From contig MTMD02000008.1 in assembly GCA_002010065.2 (NCBI GenBank), positions 1-64,000 of the forward strand: DNA of 64,000 nucleotides, in the 5' to 3' direction. The translations under genes and the position numbers were made by a program. How positions within the stretch are numbered: the first letter of the stretch is position 1; each line of letters begins with the position of its first letter. A model generated the notes under the pieces. The model was not told the DNA's origin, searched no databases, and saw only the letters and a program-made list of their open reading frames with translations. Shown here in pieces: positions 28,605-38,724 of this stretch. The DNA is from Candidatus Pyrohabitans jungbluthii (GTDB lineage: Archaea; Hydrothermarchaeota; Hydrothermarchaeia; Hydrothermarchaeales; BMS3B).

Positions 28605-29918
28605 TTATAAAGTACTTGAACTTTTTGCTTGTATTTCAATTTGCTTAGCAGCTTCGAAGCCACTATAAACAGCAGCTTCTATAGACGGTAAATATAAATA
28701 GTCCCCTGCGAGGACTATATTATGGATAGATGTTCTAAATTCTTGACTTATTTTTGGGAAATTTGGCGAATGAATAGGAAGTACATAGTTCCATGGGATG
28801 ATTTCACACCATACAAGTTTTTTCCTAATTTTAGGAAATAAATATTCGAGTTTTTCCAGTATGAACTCAGTTATTTCTTGTTTATTAAGTTTGGATAATC
28901 TTTCCGCAGTTTTTCCATAGATAAATAATTCCATTAATCCCTTTCCTTTTGGAGCGGATAGCGGCGAGGCTAATGTTGATTCGATGATCATAGCAAAGTC
29001 TTTTAATTCCTTTCTTGGTATAAGAATCGCCCAAGTATTATTCCACACTCGTTCATTTAATGCAAGCAATATTTGTAAACCACTTGAATATTCTACTTTG
29101 GATAGAGCAGATTTTACATTATTGGGAAGTGGCAAAATTTTACTAGTTACAAAAGCAGGAGTTGAGCAAATTATATTTTCAGTTTCAATCATTTTTATTT
29201 CCTTATTATTTTTATATTCAACTTTAAATTTATTATTTTTTTCTTCTATTTTTAATACTTCACAATTTGTGTTGATAATTGTACCAAAATTCTGTAATTT
29301 TTTTATTATCTTAAAAATAATATGAGATAAACCTTTTTTTAATGTAAAGGAAATTTTTAAATCGCTATACATCAATGTAAGTCCGTAAAGAGCGGATAAC
29401 TTTTCTGGTTCTGTGAGTGTCAGGCCCGTTATAGATGGCTGTACAAGATATTCTAACATCTCTCTATCGAAAGCTTCAAGGACCCAATCTGCAATAGATA
29501 AATTGTCCAAGTTTTTATTTTTGACATTAGTAAACGCTAAATGATTCTCCTCACCAATGTGATATATCATATTTATTAGTTTAAACAATTTTTCCTTGTC
29601 TATACTTTCTACATTATCTAAAGAAAAAAATCTTTTTTTAATATAGAGACTAGCACTTGGTTCTTCAAGCTTAACTAAATCTTTTTCGCAGCCTAGGTCT
29701 TTGATTAAATTTAACGTATGTATGTAATCCTCACCAATCAATTGCGCCCCAGCATCTATCTTAAATTCACCTCTAATGAATGGATATAATCTACCACCAA
29801 GTCTGTCCTCCTTTTCCAAAATAGTAACCCTATATCCACGTTTAGCTAATTCGTATGCAGAAACTAAACCGCTTATGCCTCCGCCTATGACTACGCATTC
29901 CTTATCGCATCCTCGCAT
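28605..29918 (-). CDS. FAD-dependent oxidoreductase (HemY/amine oxidase family)
   Basis: VIGGGISGL, E...RLGGR, DAGAQ, LAGDY...SIEAAV.SG. Confidence 0.85.
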   Translation of the reverse strand: MRGCDKECVVIGGGISGLVSAYELAKRGYRVTILEKEDRLGGRLYPFIRGEFKIDAGAQLIGEDYIHTLNLIKDLGCEKDLVKLEEPSASLYIKKRFFSLDNVESIDKEKLFKLINMIYHIGEENHLAFTNVKNKNLDNLSIADWVLEAFDREMLEYLVQPSITGLTLTEPEKLSALYGLTLMYSDLKISFTLKKGLSHIIFKIIKKLQNFGTIINTNCEVLKIEEKNNKFKVEYKNNKEIKMIETENIICSTPAFVTSKILPLPNNVKSALSKVEYSSGLQILLALNERVWNNTWAILIPRKELKDFAMIIESTLASPLSAPKGKGLMELFIYGKTAERLSKLNKQEITEFILEKLEYLFPKIRKKLVWCEIIPWNYVLPIHSPNFPKISQEFRTSIHNIVLAGDYLYLPSIEAAVYSGFEAAKQIEIQAKSSSTL

Positions 29919-29945
29919 ATGGGAGACCACCTTCAGCTAAATTGC

Positions 29946-31124
29946 TTAAAATTGTTTCCTATTATGATCCCAATCATTCAAATAACTCTTTAGCGAAGTA
30001 TAATCCTCATTTACCAAGTTATGAATCTGTTCCAAAGAAAAAATGTTTGAAAAAATACCCAACCTGAGTAAGTGACCTCTTTTATCTGGGAATTTACCTA
30101 ACCAATATAATGTGTCAATAAGACGATCTGATTCGGTGAAGAAATTACCCAATTTATTTTCCATATATGTGGTATAATTACTCAGCGGCTCCCCTTTTAA
30201 AATAAAATTACTCGATACTACTCCCGCCAAATCACCACATATTATTGCAGGTAGAATCCCTTCAATAAATGGCTTAAAATTTTGATTTGCAACATCGCCA
30301 GTTAGTAAAACATTTCCATAGTTTAATTTGTCTATACCATAGCGAATAGGTGCCCATCCACTCCTATCCTCCACAATTGTTCCTCTGGCGATCTGTTTTT
30401 TGATTAGAGGGAGATTTACAAATTCCTCATAACATTCTTCTAATCTTTTCTCAAAAAAGATAGCACCAACTCCTATATTTGCAGAAGTATTGGACTTAGG
30501 GAAAATATATGCATAAGCGCCTGGTGCAAAGTCTCCTAGATATATCTGATAATGATTGGGCTTTTCTAACTTTAAATTTTTCATCTTGAAACCAATAACA
30601 TAACCAGCATTTTTTTCTAAATCTAAATTAAACCCAAGCAACTTCAAAACCGTCGAATCTACACCATCTGCAGCGATTACAACTTTTGGCACAATTTCTT
30701 TGTTTCCCTTAGGCGTTTTTACTATAGCCTTGGTAACATTGTAATCTCCTTTAACTTCCAAATCAATTAGCTCTGTTTCGAGCATAAGTTTTGCTCCAGC
30801 ATTTGTGGCTTTGTCTGCCAGCCACTTATCAAATTCGTCTCTGTTTATTGAATATCCAGACCAGTTGCTCCCAGTCCTCTCTATTGTGATATCTTCAGCC
30901 CAGAAGGATATGCCATCTATCTTCCACACCTGGAGGTGCTTTGGAATTTTAAAAGGTAGATAAGGGAAGAGATATTCACCGATACCCTCGGCGCACTGTA
31001 CAGGCACGCCCACTTCCCTCTTTTTGTCGATAAATATGGTTTTTGCACCACTCAAGGCTGCTGCTCTAGCCGCGCTACTTCCCGCAGGACCTGCTCCCAC
31101 CACAAGCACGTCGCACTCTATCAT
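29946..31124 (-). CDS. Geranylgeranyl reductase-family flavoprotein
   Basis: DVLVVGAGPAG, PVQCAEG, R.EFDKWL, AADG, PGAYAYIFP. Confidence 0.85.
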   Translation of the reverse strand: MIECDVLVVGAGPAGSSAARAAALSGAKTIFIDKKREVGVPVQCAEGIGEYLFPYLPFKIPKHLQVWKIDGISFWAEDITIERTGSNWSGYSINRDEFDKWLADKATNAGAKLMLETELIDLEVKGDYNVTKAIVKTPKGNKEIVPKVVIAADGVDSTVLKLLGFNLDLEKNAGYVIGFKMKNLKLEKPNHYQIYLGDFAPGAYAYIFPKSNTSANIGVGAIFFEKRLEECYEEFVNLPLIKKQIARGTIVEDRSGWAPIRYGIDKLNYGNVLLTGDVANQNFKPFIEGILPAIICGDLAGVVSSNFILKGEPLSNYTTYMENKLGNFFTESDRLIDTLYWLGKFPDKRGHLLRLGIFSNIFSLEQIHNLVNEDYTSLKSYLNDWDHNRKQF

Positions 31125-31133
31125 ATCATCCCC

Positions 31134-32252
31134 TCAAATAAAAGCACATTCGATTAACCTGTTTAAATCAATTTTCTCCTGTAATCTATTCAGAAAATCT
31201 ATCAACCACTCAAAATCTTTATTCTCCATACACTCAAATATTTCCCTATATTGGTAATAACTATCCCAGTTCATACATTCTTCAACTACATTTTCATATC
31301 TCGATAAGAAGTCAAGTGGTCTGTGAGATCCTTCTAATCCTTCTTTTATTACCTCATAAGCCAAATAGGAGCTCAATATGGCAGGAGTCATTCCATAGCC
31401 GAGCAAAGGATCTATAAAACCACCTGCATCTCCAACAAAAAGCAGATTTTTAAAATAGTGCTTCTCTATTCTGAATATATATCCAAAACCACTAAAATAA
31501 TTAATGCTTCTCATAGGTAAATCGGAGAAACTGTCATTTGATCTCACAAATTTCTCAAAATGTTCTTTTATATTTCCTTTTATTTTAGATTTATTAACAA
31601 CTGCCCCAGCAGAAGAAAGTCCATCTGGGCATGTGACAACATAGAAGTATCCTCCAGGTAGAAGTTCCGAATTTAGATATATGTTGGAGTAGTCTGGTGA
31701 AGTAAAGTCATAGCCACTAATCCCATAGCCTGCGAGAATTCTAAGAACTTCTTTTTTTACAAATTTATGGAAAAACGAATTCCCACCGTCAGCAGCTATT
31801 ATCACTTTTGGTTTTATAGTTATACTCCCATTAATGCTTTTGATTCTGACTTTTTCAAATATATCTTTTTCTTCAACTTTAATATCATTTACACCAGTAA
31901 TGAGCTGTGCATCATTTTCTAAGGCTTTTCTGGATACTATATTTTCATAAGAATCTTCATGTTTCCCTCTTTGAAAATAAAATTCTCCACTATCTGATTT
32001 CAATGTGAAAAAATTGCCGGATGGTGTATGCCATTTCGATAGTTTAACATGATTTTTTATCGGAAGATCATATTCTCTAATAATTCTTTCAATATCAATA
32101 TTTGGTGAAGAGTCAATCTTTACGGCGGTGTGTTCTCCTACAGACTTATTTTTTTCTATTAAAACAGTCTCCAAACCCTCTTTAGCGCAGAAGTACGCAG
32201 CACTCGCACCCGCTGGCCCAGCACCCACCACAAGCACATCGCATTCTAACAT
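31134..32252 (-). CDS. Geranylgeranyl reductase-family flavoprotein, divergent
   Basis: DVLVVGAGPAG, AADG, PGGYFY, VGDAGG..DPLLGYGM; lacks the CAE/CG motif. Confidence 0.8.
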   Translation of the reverse strand: MLECDVLVVGAGPAGASAAYFCAKEGLETVLIEKNKSVGEHTAVKIDSSPNIDIERIIREYDLPIKNHVKLSKWHTPSGNFFTLKSDSGEFYFQRGKHEDSYENIVSRKALENDAQLITGVNDIKVEEKDIFEKVRIKSINGSITIKPKVIIAADGGNSFFHKFVKKEVLRILAGYGISGYDFTSPDYSNIYLNSELLPGGYFYVVTCPDGLSSAGAVVNKSKIKGNIKEHFEKFVRSNDSFSDLPMRSINYFSGFGYIFRIEKHYFKNLLFVGDAGGFIDPLLGYGMTPAILSSYLAYEVIKEGLEGSHRPLDFLSRYENVVEECMNWDSYYQYREIFECMENKDFEWLIDFLNRLQEKIDLNRLIECAFI

Positions 32253-32337
32253 GCTGAGAATAATGTATTTGCGCAATTAATAAAACTTACTCGATTTTCT
32301 TTGCCATGTTAATTCCTAGCACTGTAACGGTGGTCAG

Positions 32338-32469
32338 GTGGATTTGGAGAAGTGCGAAAACTGTCCCATACCAATAAACTACTGTGACGGACTCACCCGC
32401 TACAAGTGTGGCGTCCAGCGAAAGGATGTGGAAAACTACTGCATTTACGACAAATACATGCAGAAGTAG
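32338..32469 (+). CDS. Small Cys-rich protein (43 aa; not in ORF track)
   Basis: GTG start after GGTGG; MDLEKCENCPIPINYCDGLTRYKCGVQRKDVENYCIYDKYMQK; 5 Cys including CxxC. Confidence 0.5.
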   Translation: MDLEKCENCPIPINYCDGLTRYKCGVQRKDVENYCIYDKYMQK

Positions 32470-32738
32470 CTGGTGGGGCCTCGTTATTAACCTTCTTCTC
32501 CCAGCATTGGCGTAACTAACCTATAGGCTTTTGTCACCATGAATCTACCTGTCTGCCAGTACTCCCGTCAGAGCTGGTTAACTTACAGGGGGTATAACCT
32601 TCTGAATCAACATTATTTGCCGTGGGCCTAGATCCCACGCTCTCTTTCTATGATTAATACCCTGCCTTCACAAAGATTTAAATAGTATGACCTATATAAT
32701 TTTGTTGTTAAGTGACTTAACAACAAGGGAGTTTTACG

Positions 32739-33560
32739 ATGGAGAACAAAGAGGTCTCCCTGCTAATGGGGTTGGGACTAACAGAAGCCGAGGCCAAAGT
32801 TTATATCAGGCTTCTGTGGGAAGGTTCAGTAACCGCCGGGGAGCTAGCCAAATTGACCAAGTATTCCCGTACGAAGGTATATGAAATCCTTGAAAAACTC
32901 CAGAGGGAGGGGCTGGTGGAAAGCTACCCCACCAGACCCACTCAGTTCAAGGCTTTAGATCCCAGCGTCTCAATCCCCCTGTACGTCCAGCTCAAACGCC
33001 AAGAGCTTGAAACCGCCGAAAATCTCCTGTCTAGAAGCCTTTCTAAAATTTGGAACAAGAGACCCTCTCAGGATGCTCAGGTCTTTATCAATGAGGGTTT
33101 AAATAAAACCTCTGCCAAGTTTTTGGAGCTTATAAACCAAGCAGAAGAAAATATATATACCTTCATGGCATGGATATCAAGAGGGGAATATGATTCTCTC
33201 TTAGATGCCTTTAAAAAAGCCCGTGAAAGGGGAGTGGAGGTTTATATGGCGGTTTATGACAATCCTGATTTTAAGGATGGGGTATCCCCTGAGATGTTGA
33301 CTGAATTTTCAACTTATTCCCATGAGTTTTATCTTGTACCAAGAGACTTCCACCCATTCCCACTGCCGCCGGTAAAGCTTCTGGTGGTGGACGAGAGGGA
33401 TGTCAACATAGTTTTTGGAGACTACCTTGAAACCGGCTCACTGAAAGATGCGATTTCTGTCCACTACCACAATATATCAGGAATGGGTGTGGTGGCCAGG
33501 AAGATTGCACCCATGTGTTTCGAGACATTTTTTGCCAGGTTCAGGAGGGGCAAAGAGTGA
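32739..33560 (+). CDS. TrmB-family transcriptional regulator
   Basis: LGLTEAEAKVY..L, RTKVYEIL.KL...GLV HTH, C-terminal effector domain. Confidence 0.88.
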   Translation: MENKEVSLLMGLGLTEAEAKVYIRLLWEGSVTAGELAKLTKYSRTKVYEILEKLQREGLVESYPTRPTQFKALDPSVSIPLYVQLKRQELETAENLLSRSLSKIWNKRPSQDAQVFINEGLNKTSAKFLELINQAEENIYTFMAWISRGEYDSLLDAFKKARERGVEVYMAVYDNPDFKDGVSPEMLTEFSTYSHEFYLVPRDFHPFPLPPVKLLVVDERDVNIVFGDYLETGSLKDAISVHYHNISGMGVVARKIAPMCFETFFARFRRGKE

Positions 33561-34549
33561 AAATTATCGAAACTCATGAGCTAACAAAGGAGTTCAACGG
33601 CTTAGTTGCGGTGGATAAGGTTACCTTCAGCGTAGAGCGGGGAGAGATATTCGGCTTTCTTGGTCCCAACGGCGCCGGTAAGACCACGACAATAAAAATG
33701 CTGACGACGCTTCTCCTTCCCACTAGCGGCACAGCGTACATCTCAGGCTTCGACGTTGTTCGCGAAGCTGCGCAGGTGAGGCGCAGAATAGGTTTAGTAC
33801 CTCAGAGGATTGTGCTTGAGGGTGACCTCACAGCAAGGGAGAATCTCCTCTTTCACGGCATGCTCTACGGCTTGAGCAGAAGAGATATTGAGGCAAAAAT
33901 TCCAGAGCTGCTGGAGCTTGTTGGTCTAAAAGAGCGTGCTGACAGCAAGGTCAGGACCTTCTCGGGTGGGATGAAGCGCAGGCTGGAGTTGGTTAAGGTA
34001 CTGCTTCACGAGCCAGAGGTAATCTTTCTCGACGAGCCTACAGTTGGCTTGGATCCACAGACAAGACGCAAGATCTGGGAGTACATACAGATACTAAACC
34101 GAGAGAGGGGAGTTACCATCTTTCTCACAACACACTATATGGAAGAGGCGGACTACCTGTGCAATAGGATCTGCATTATCGACCACGGAAAAATCCTCGA
34201 TATAGACACGCCACAGAGGCTCAAGGACAAAATCGGCGAAGGCGATATAATTGAGATGGAAGTTTCCGGCAAGGGAGAAAAGTTTGCACAAGCGCTGGAA
34301 AAAGAATGTGGCTGTCAGATAAAGAAGATGGAGGAGAACAGGATTACTATTACAGCCAGGCGAGGAGAATACGCCCTCAAAGAGATTTTCTTCCTCGCAG
34401 ACAAGCTTGGGGTTGAGGTAACCTCTATCTCCGTAAGGGAACCCACCCTAGAGGATGTGTTCATCCACTACACTGGTAGGGGAATTCGCGAGGAGCTGGT
34501 CCCGGGAAGCGGCATGATGAAGTATCTCACAAGGAGGCTCAAGCAATGA
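33557..34549 (+). CDS. ABC-2 exporter ATP-binding protein (DrrA-like)
   Basis: GPNGAGKTT, FSGGMKRR, FLDEPT, TTHY. Confidence 0.92.
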   Translation: MKIIETHELTKEFNGLVAVDKVTFSVERGEIFGFLGPNGAGKTTTIKMLTTLLLPTSGTAYISGFDVVREAAQVRRRIGLVPQRIVLEGDLTARENLLFHGMLYGLSRRDIEAKIPELLELVGLKERADSKVRTFSGGMKRRLELVKVLLHEPEVIFLDEPTVGLDPQTRRKIWEYIQILNRERGVTIFLTTHYMEEADYLCNRICIIDHGKILDIDTPQRLKDKIGEGDIIEMEVSGKGEKFAQALEKECGCQIKKMEENRITITARRGEYALKEIFFLADKLGVEVTSISVREPTLEDVFIHYTGRGIREELVPGSGMMKYLTRRLKQ

Positions 34550-35661
34550 GCTTTCTCCGAGAACTCTACGTGGTGTTCTGGAAGGAGATGCTGCTATGGA
34601 TAAACAACCCCATGCTGCCAGTTGTAAGAGCGCTGGTATTTCCCATGATGTGGATAGTCATCTTCGGCTCCGCCTTTGGAGGCGAGGTGAACCACATTCC
34701 CCTGGCGGTTGTTCTCAGCGATACAAGCGAGCTTTCCATTGAGTACCTTAACGCCCTGAACATCGGCACCACACTTGACATAAAAAACACAAACCTGGCA
34801 ACGGCCCAGAAGATGCTGAAAAACCGCAAAGTCTATGGGATACTCTATATCCCCGAAGATTTCAGTAAAAAGCTGGCCGCGGGCGAGAAGGTGAGCGTCG
34901 TCTTAAGCCTGGACGAAACCACGCCCCAGATTTCCAGCGCCATTGTAGCGCACGTAACCAGCGCAACGCAATCCTTCTCAAAAAACATCGCCCTGGCTGA
35001 AAACAGGGTGGTGGTTGAGAAAAACACCCTTTTTGGCAGGGGGATAGAATACCTGGACTACTTAGCCCCCGGCGTGGTGATGATGACAATCCTGTTTTCT
35101 GCTCTCTTCTCGGGCGGACTCAACCTCATAATCGACCGCGAATTCGGCACCCTTACAATGCTTATGGTTTCGCCCGTCTCACGAGATGCGATAATTCTGG
35201 GCAAGATATTTGCAGGTGTGCTCCAGAGCATAACCAGTGGCGTGGTTGCGCTCGCTGTAGCCATGCTCATGGGCGTTCACCTGAAAAGCGGTGCCGCTGG
35301 TTTTCTACTGATGGTGCTCCTTATGTTCATTGCTGGCTTCGGTTTCATTGGGATGAGTACCGCCATCGGTACGCGCATATCTGAGCTGGAACAGCTCATG
35401 GTGGTGATGATGGTTTTATTAATGCCTATGTGGTTCTTGTCTGGTGGATTCTACCCCATTGAGTCGATGCCCGATTGGATGCGCCCCCTCGCGATTGTAA
35501 ACCCCATGACCTATGCCACAGACGCGGCGCGATCAATAATGATTCGCGGGATAATCTGGGAGACCCTTGCTCTTGACCTTGTAGTAATCACAACCTTTGC
35601 AGTGGCGATGTTCCTTATCGGCTCCTACTCATTCAAAAAAACTCTTGGAGGTGTAAAATAA
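34546..35661 (+). CDS. ABC-2 exporter permease
   Basis: DREFGTL, LSGGFYP, NPMTY motifs. Confidence 0.9.
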   Translation: MSFLRELYVVFWKEMLLWINNPMLPVVRALVFPMMWIVIFGSAFGGEVNHIPLAVVLSDTSELSIEYLNALNIGTTLDIKNTNLATAQKMLKNRKVYGILYIPEDFSKKLAAGEKVSVVLSLDETTPQISSAIVAHVTSATQSFSKNIALAENRVVVEKNTLFGRGIEYLDYLAPGVVMMTILFSALFSGGLNLIIDREFGTLTMLMVSPVSRDAIILGKIFAGVLQSITSGVVALAVAMLMGVHLKSGAAGFLLMVLLMFIAGFGFIGMSTAIGTRISELEQLMVVMMVLLMPMWFLSGGFYPIESMPDWMRPLAIVNPMTYATDAARSIMIRGIIWETLALDLVVITTFAVAMFLIGSYSFKKTLGGVK

Positions 35662-35662
35662 A

Positions 35663-37219
35663 ATGAGGAGGGTATTAATAGTAGTTCTGGCTTTTACAGC
35701 CCTTTTAAATGTCGCGGCAGCGCAGATTGGCGGTGGACAATCGTTGATTATAACCGACCTGAAAATCACTCCAGCGGAGGTTCACCCCGGTGATAACTTC
35801 ACCCTCTCCTTTAAGGTTGTAAACGCCTGGGGGTGGGATAGATTTATTGAGGACGCGTACGTGCACCTGGAGGGGGGCTATCCCTTCCTTAAAATAAGCC
35901 CAACTCAGCCCCAGAGGCTCCGCGGCTTGGGGTATGACATAGACTGGTGGGTCAGCAGGGGCGCAGAGGTTAGCTACAACCTCAGCGTCGACCCAACTGC
36001 AGTGGCGGGTGTATATACCCTAAATGCGGTGTTCAGCTACACCCGTTACAGCGATGCAGTGGGCACAAAGGGCGGAGATGAGAGGTTCACAGAAGTTCAT
36101 CCCATAGCTATAAAGGTGGTGGGCAAACCAGAGGTGGAGGTGTATGTTAAGAGTTCTCAGCCAGAGAAGCCTCAACCGGGCGATACTATAACTCTCTCGC
36201 TCAAGGTGGCCAACCTGGGCAGCGATTATGCGAGGAATGTGTTGCTCTACGTAGGTGAACTTCCCGATATAGCTCCGGAGTGGAACAGCAGGGTCGTGTA
36301 TGTGGGCGACGTAGCACCGGAGGGCTCTGTCAATGCCCTGATTACTCTTGAGACTTCCTCCGAGCTTCTCCCGGGTGAGTATCTCCTGCCTATTGGTATT
36401 CTTTACCAGGATGGAAACGATAGGTGGGTGGAAAAAAATTCCAGCATAAAACTCACCATTCGCGGTGTGGAGGAGCTGGAGGTTTATGTGGAGTCGTCGA
36501 AGCCTGCAAAACCTACCCCGGGGGATGATATCACCCTCATCCTCAAGGTTGTTAACTATGGTTCCCTGCCGGTGAAGGAGGCTGTCCTGGAGGTTGGAGA
36601 GGCTCATGGCGTGGAGCCCCTGTGGAGCAGCCGGAGGATTTATTTAGGTGATATACCAGCCAAAGGCTCTACTCAGGCAAGGGTTGAGCTTGAGGCTGAT
36701 GAAAACACCACCACCGGAGACTACACGCTGCCGGTGAAGATATTCTCGCGGGGTGTCCTCACTAATATAAAAAGCATTGGAGTCACCCTCCACAGCGAGG
36801 CGGACTTTGAGATAAAGCCGGTGCAAAACCTGGTAAAGGCAGGTGAATCGGAGCAGATGGTTAGTTTTACAGTGAAGAATACGGGGACAAAAGCTGCGGA
36901 GGATATTAGGCTCACTCTGCGCGCAAACTATCCTTTCACGCCGGTGGGCAACGAGTACTATATAGAGCGCCTTGCTCCAGGAGAAGCCACAGTGGCGGAG
37001 TTCCATGTGGACGTAGATAGCGATGCGGCGAAGCAACGCTACCCCATTGACGTGGTGATAAAGTGGAAGGAAGAGGAAGACGACGAGGAGCAGATTGATG
37101 TTAAGTACTCATACGTGGAAGTGCTGAAGAAGGAGAGGAAGATTGCCTACTATGTTGCTGCACTACTCGGCGTAGTGGCTATTGCCGCCGCTTTGGTCAA
37201 GAAGAGGAAGAAAAAATGA
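35663..37219 (+). CDS. COG1361-like Ig-repeat surface protein
   Basis: Signal peptide, repeated PGD...L.V.N.G units, C-terminal TM plus basic tail. Confidence 0.8.
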   Translation: MRRVLIVVLAFTALLNVAAAQIGGGQSLIITDLKITPAEVHPGDNFTLSFKVVNAWGWDRFIEDAYVHLEGGYPFLKISPTQPQRLRGLGYDIDWWVSRGAEVSYNLSVDPTAVAGVYTLNAVFSYTRYSDAVGTKGGDERFTEVHPIAIKVVGKPEVEVYVKSSQPEKPQPGDTITLSLKVANLGSDYARNVLLYVGELPDIAPEWNSRVVYVGDVAPEGSVNALITLETSSELLPGEYLLPIGILYQDGNDRWVEKNSSIKLTIRGVEELEVYVESSKPAKPTPGDDITLILKVVNYGSLPVKEAVLEVGEAHGVEPLWSSRRIYLGDIPAKGSTQARVELEADENTTTGDYTLPVKIFSRGVLTNIKSIGVTLHSEADFEIKPVQNLVKAGESEQMVSFTVKNTGTKAAEDIRLTLRANYPFTPVGNEYYIERLAPGEATVAEFHVDVDSDAAKQRYPIDVVIKWKEEEDDEEQIDVKYSYVEVLKKERKIAYYVAALLGVVAIAAALVKKRKKK

Positions 37220-38166
37220 AACCAAGCGTAGACTACATCTCTGGTGAAAGCCTCTATCGCCCTGAAGTTGTAAGGTGGAGGCGTCGCATTGAGGAGCGCT
37301 ACATTCCGCCGGAGGACGCAGCCGTTGCAGTGCTCCTTCCATGCTCTGCCACAAAACCCTACTCGGCCTCGCCATCGCATCGCCGTTTCATCGCCGCTAT
37401 TAAGCGCGGAGCTAAAGGCAAGCGCAGCCTTGTGCATGAAGCAATAATGACCTCTCCTCTCGCCTTAGTGCCAAGAGAGCTGGAGAACCTCTATCCCGCG
37501 TGCTGCTACGACACCACCGTGACGGGGCACTGGAGCGAAGAGGAGAAGGAAGTCCTAGCTAAGGCGATACGAAGCTATGCGGCGAAGTTTAAGGGGGAGC
37601 TTCTGTGCTACGCGGGCGAAGCCTACGCAGAGGTGTGCGAGTCTCTTGGCATAGACGTCATAGCCAAAGATAACCTTCTCAGCGAGGACTCCCTTAAAGC
37701 CCTAGAGGAGCGCATCCGGGAGGCGCTTATGGACAAGCAAGGCACGGGGTATAACCCGCTTGAACCGCTAAGGAAGGTCGCAGATGTCCAGTTTGGCTTG
37801 GGCGCGGGCAAGGCACTCATCTGCGAAGGAGCAAGAGTAAGGAGGGGCAGGATATTCTACAAAGGCGAGCAGGTAGCGGCGATAAGTGAGAGGCACGGTT
37901 ACCTTGCACTCACACTGCGCGGTGGGGAGCTTCTCAGGGACTTCTCGGGCTACGTGGTGGAGCTCAGCTTCTTCCCAAAGAGCAATAACATTTTCACGCC
38001 AGGGATTGAGCATGCTGGCGAGGATATTAGACCTGGGGATGAGGTTATCGTAGTGTACGGCGATGAGGTGGTGGGCGTGGGCAAAGCGCTGCTCAACGGC
38101 AGTGAGCTTGCCAAGGCTGAGCGAGGCTTGGGCGTGGTGCTGAGGCACAGAAGGAAAGCTGCTTAA
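37216..38166 (+). CDS. arcS: Archaeosine synthase ArcS, short form (DUF5591 + PUA)
   Basis: [34 protein letters not shown]-terminal PUA. Confidence 0.8.
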   Translation: MKPSVDYISGESLYRPEVVRWRRRIEERYIPPEDAAVAVLLPCSATKPYSASPSHRRFIAAIKRGAKGKRSLVHEAIMTSPLALVPRELENLYPACCYDTTVTGHWSEEEKEVLAKAIRSYAAKFKGELLCYAGEAYAEVCESLGIDVIAKDNLLSEDSLKALEERIREALMDKQGTGYNPLEPLRKVADVQFGLGAGKALICEGARVRRGRIFYKGEQVAAISERHGYLALTLRGGELLRDFSGYVVELSFFPKSNNIFTPGIEHAGEDIRPGDEVIVVYGDEVVGVGKALLNGSELAKAERGLGVVLRHRRKAA

Positions 38167-38236
38167 TTTCGCTTTCGGAAAACTTTACGATGTGAATCTT
38201 CAGCTTGCGATTGGTTCATTTTTATGGAGGTATACT

Positions 38237-38692
38237 ATGGCAAGGATGCACACCAGGCGAAGAGGTAAATCTGGTTCCACTCGCCCTTATCGCACTTCAC
38301 CCCCCGAGTGGATAGAGCTGAGCAAGGAGGAAGTGGAGGATATAATAGTCAAGCTCGCCAAGCGTGGCGAGTCGCCCAGCAAGATAGGAATAATCCTCCG
38401 CGACCAGTATGGCGTGCCTCTCAGCAGGTACGTCACCGGTAAGAAGCTGACAAAGACCCTTGAGGAGAAGGGCATAAAGTATCCCATACCCGAGGATTTG
38501 ATGAATCTCATAAGGAGAGCGGTGACCATAGACAAGCACCGCAAAGAGCACAAAAAGGACATGGTGGCAAAGCGCGCCCAGCAGCTTGTTGAGGCGAAGA
38601 TACGCAGGCTGGTGAAATACTACAAGCGCGAGGGCAAACTTCCGGCTGACTGGAAGTATAGTATTGAAACCGCAAAACTCCTGGTGAGGTAA
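38237..38692 (+). CDS. rps15: 30S ribosomal protein uS15
   Basis: [33 protein letters not shown]. Confidence 0.97.
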   Translation: MARMHTRRRGKSGSTRPYRTSPPEWIELSKEEVEDIIVKLAKRGESPSKIGIILRDQYGVPLSRYVTGKKLTKTLEEKGIKYPIPEDLMNLIRRAVTIDKHRKEHKKDMVAKRAQQLVEAKIRRLVKYYKREGKLPADWKYSIETAKLLVR

Positions 38693-38724
38693 AAAACCCT
38701 CACCTTTTTATTTCGGGGAGCAGG

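Noticed and set aside
28605-29918. Calling this gene hemY/hemG
   Set aside because: Only family-level FAD motifs are visible and there is no heme-pathway context
32470-32690. Possible gene remnant upstream of trmB
   Set aside because: Frames I read were short with no recognisable motif
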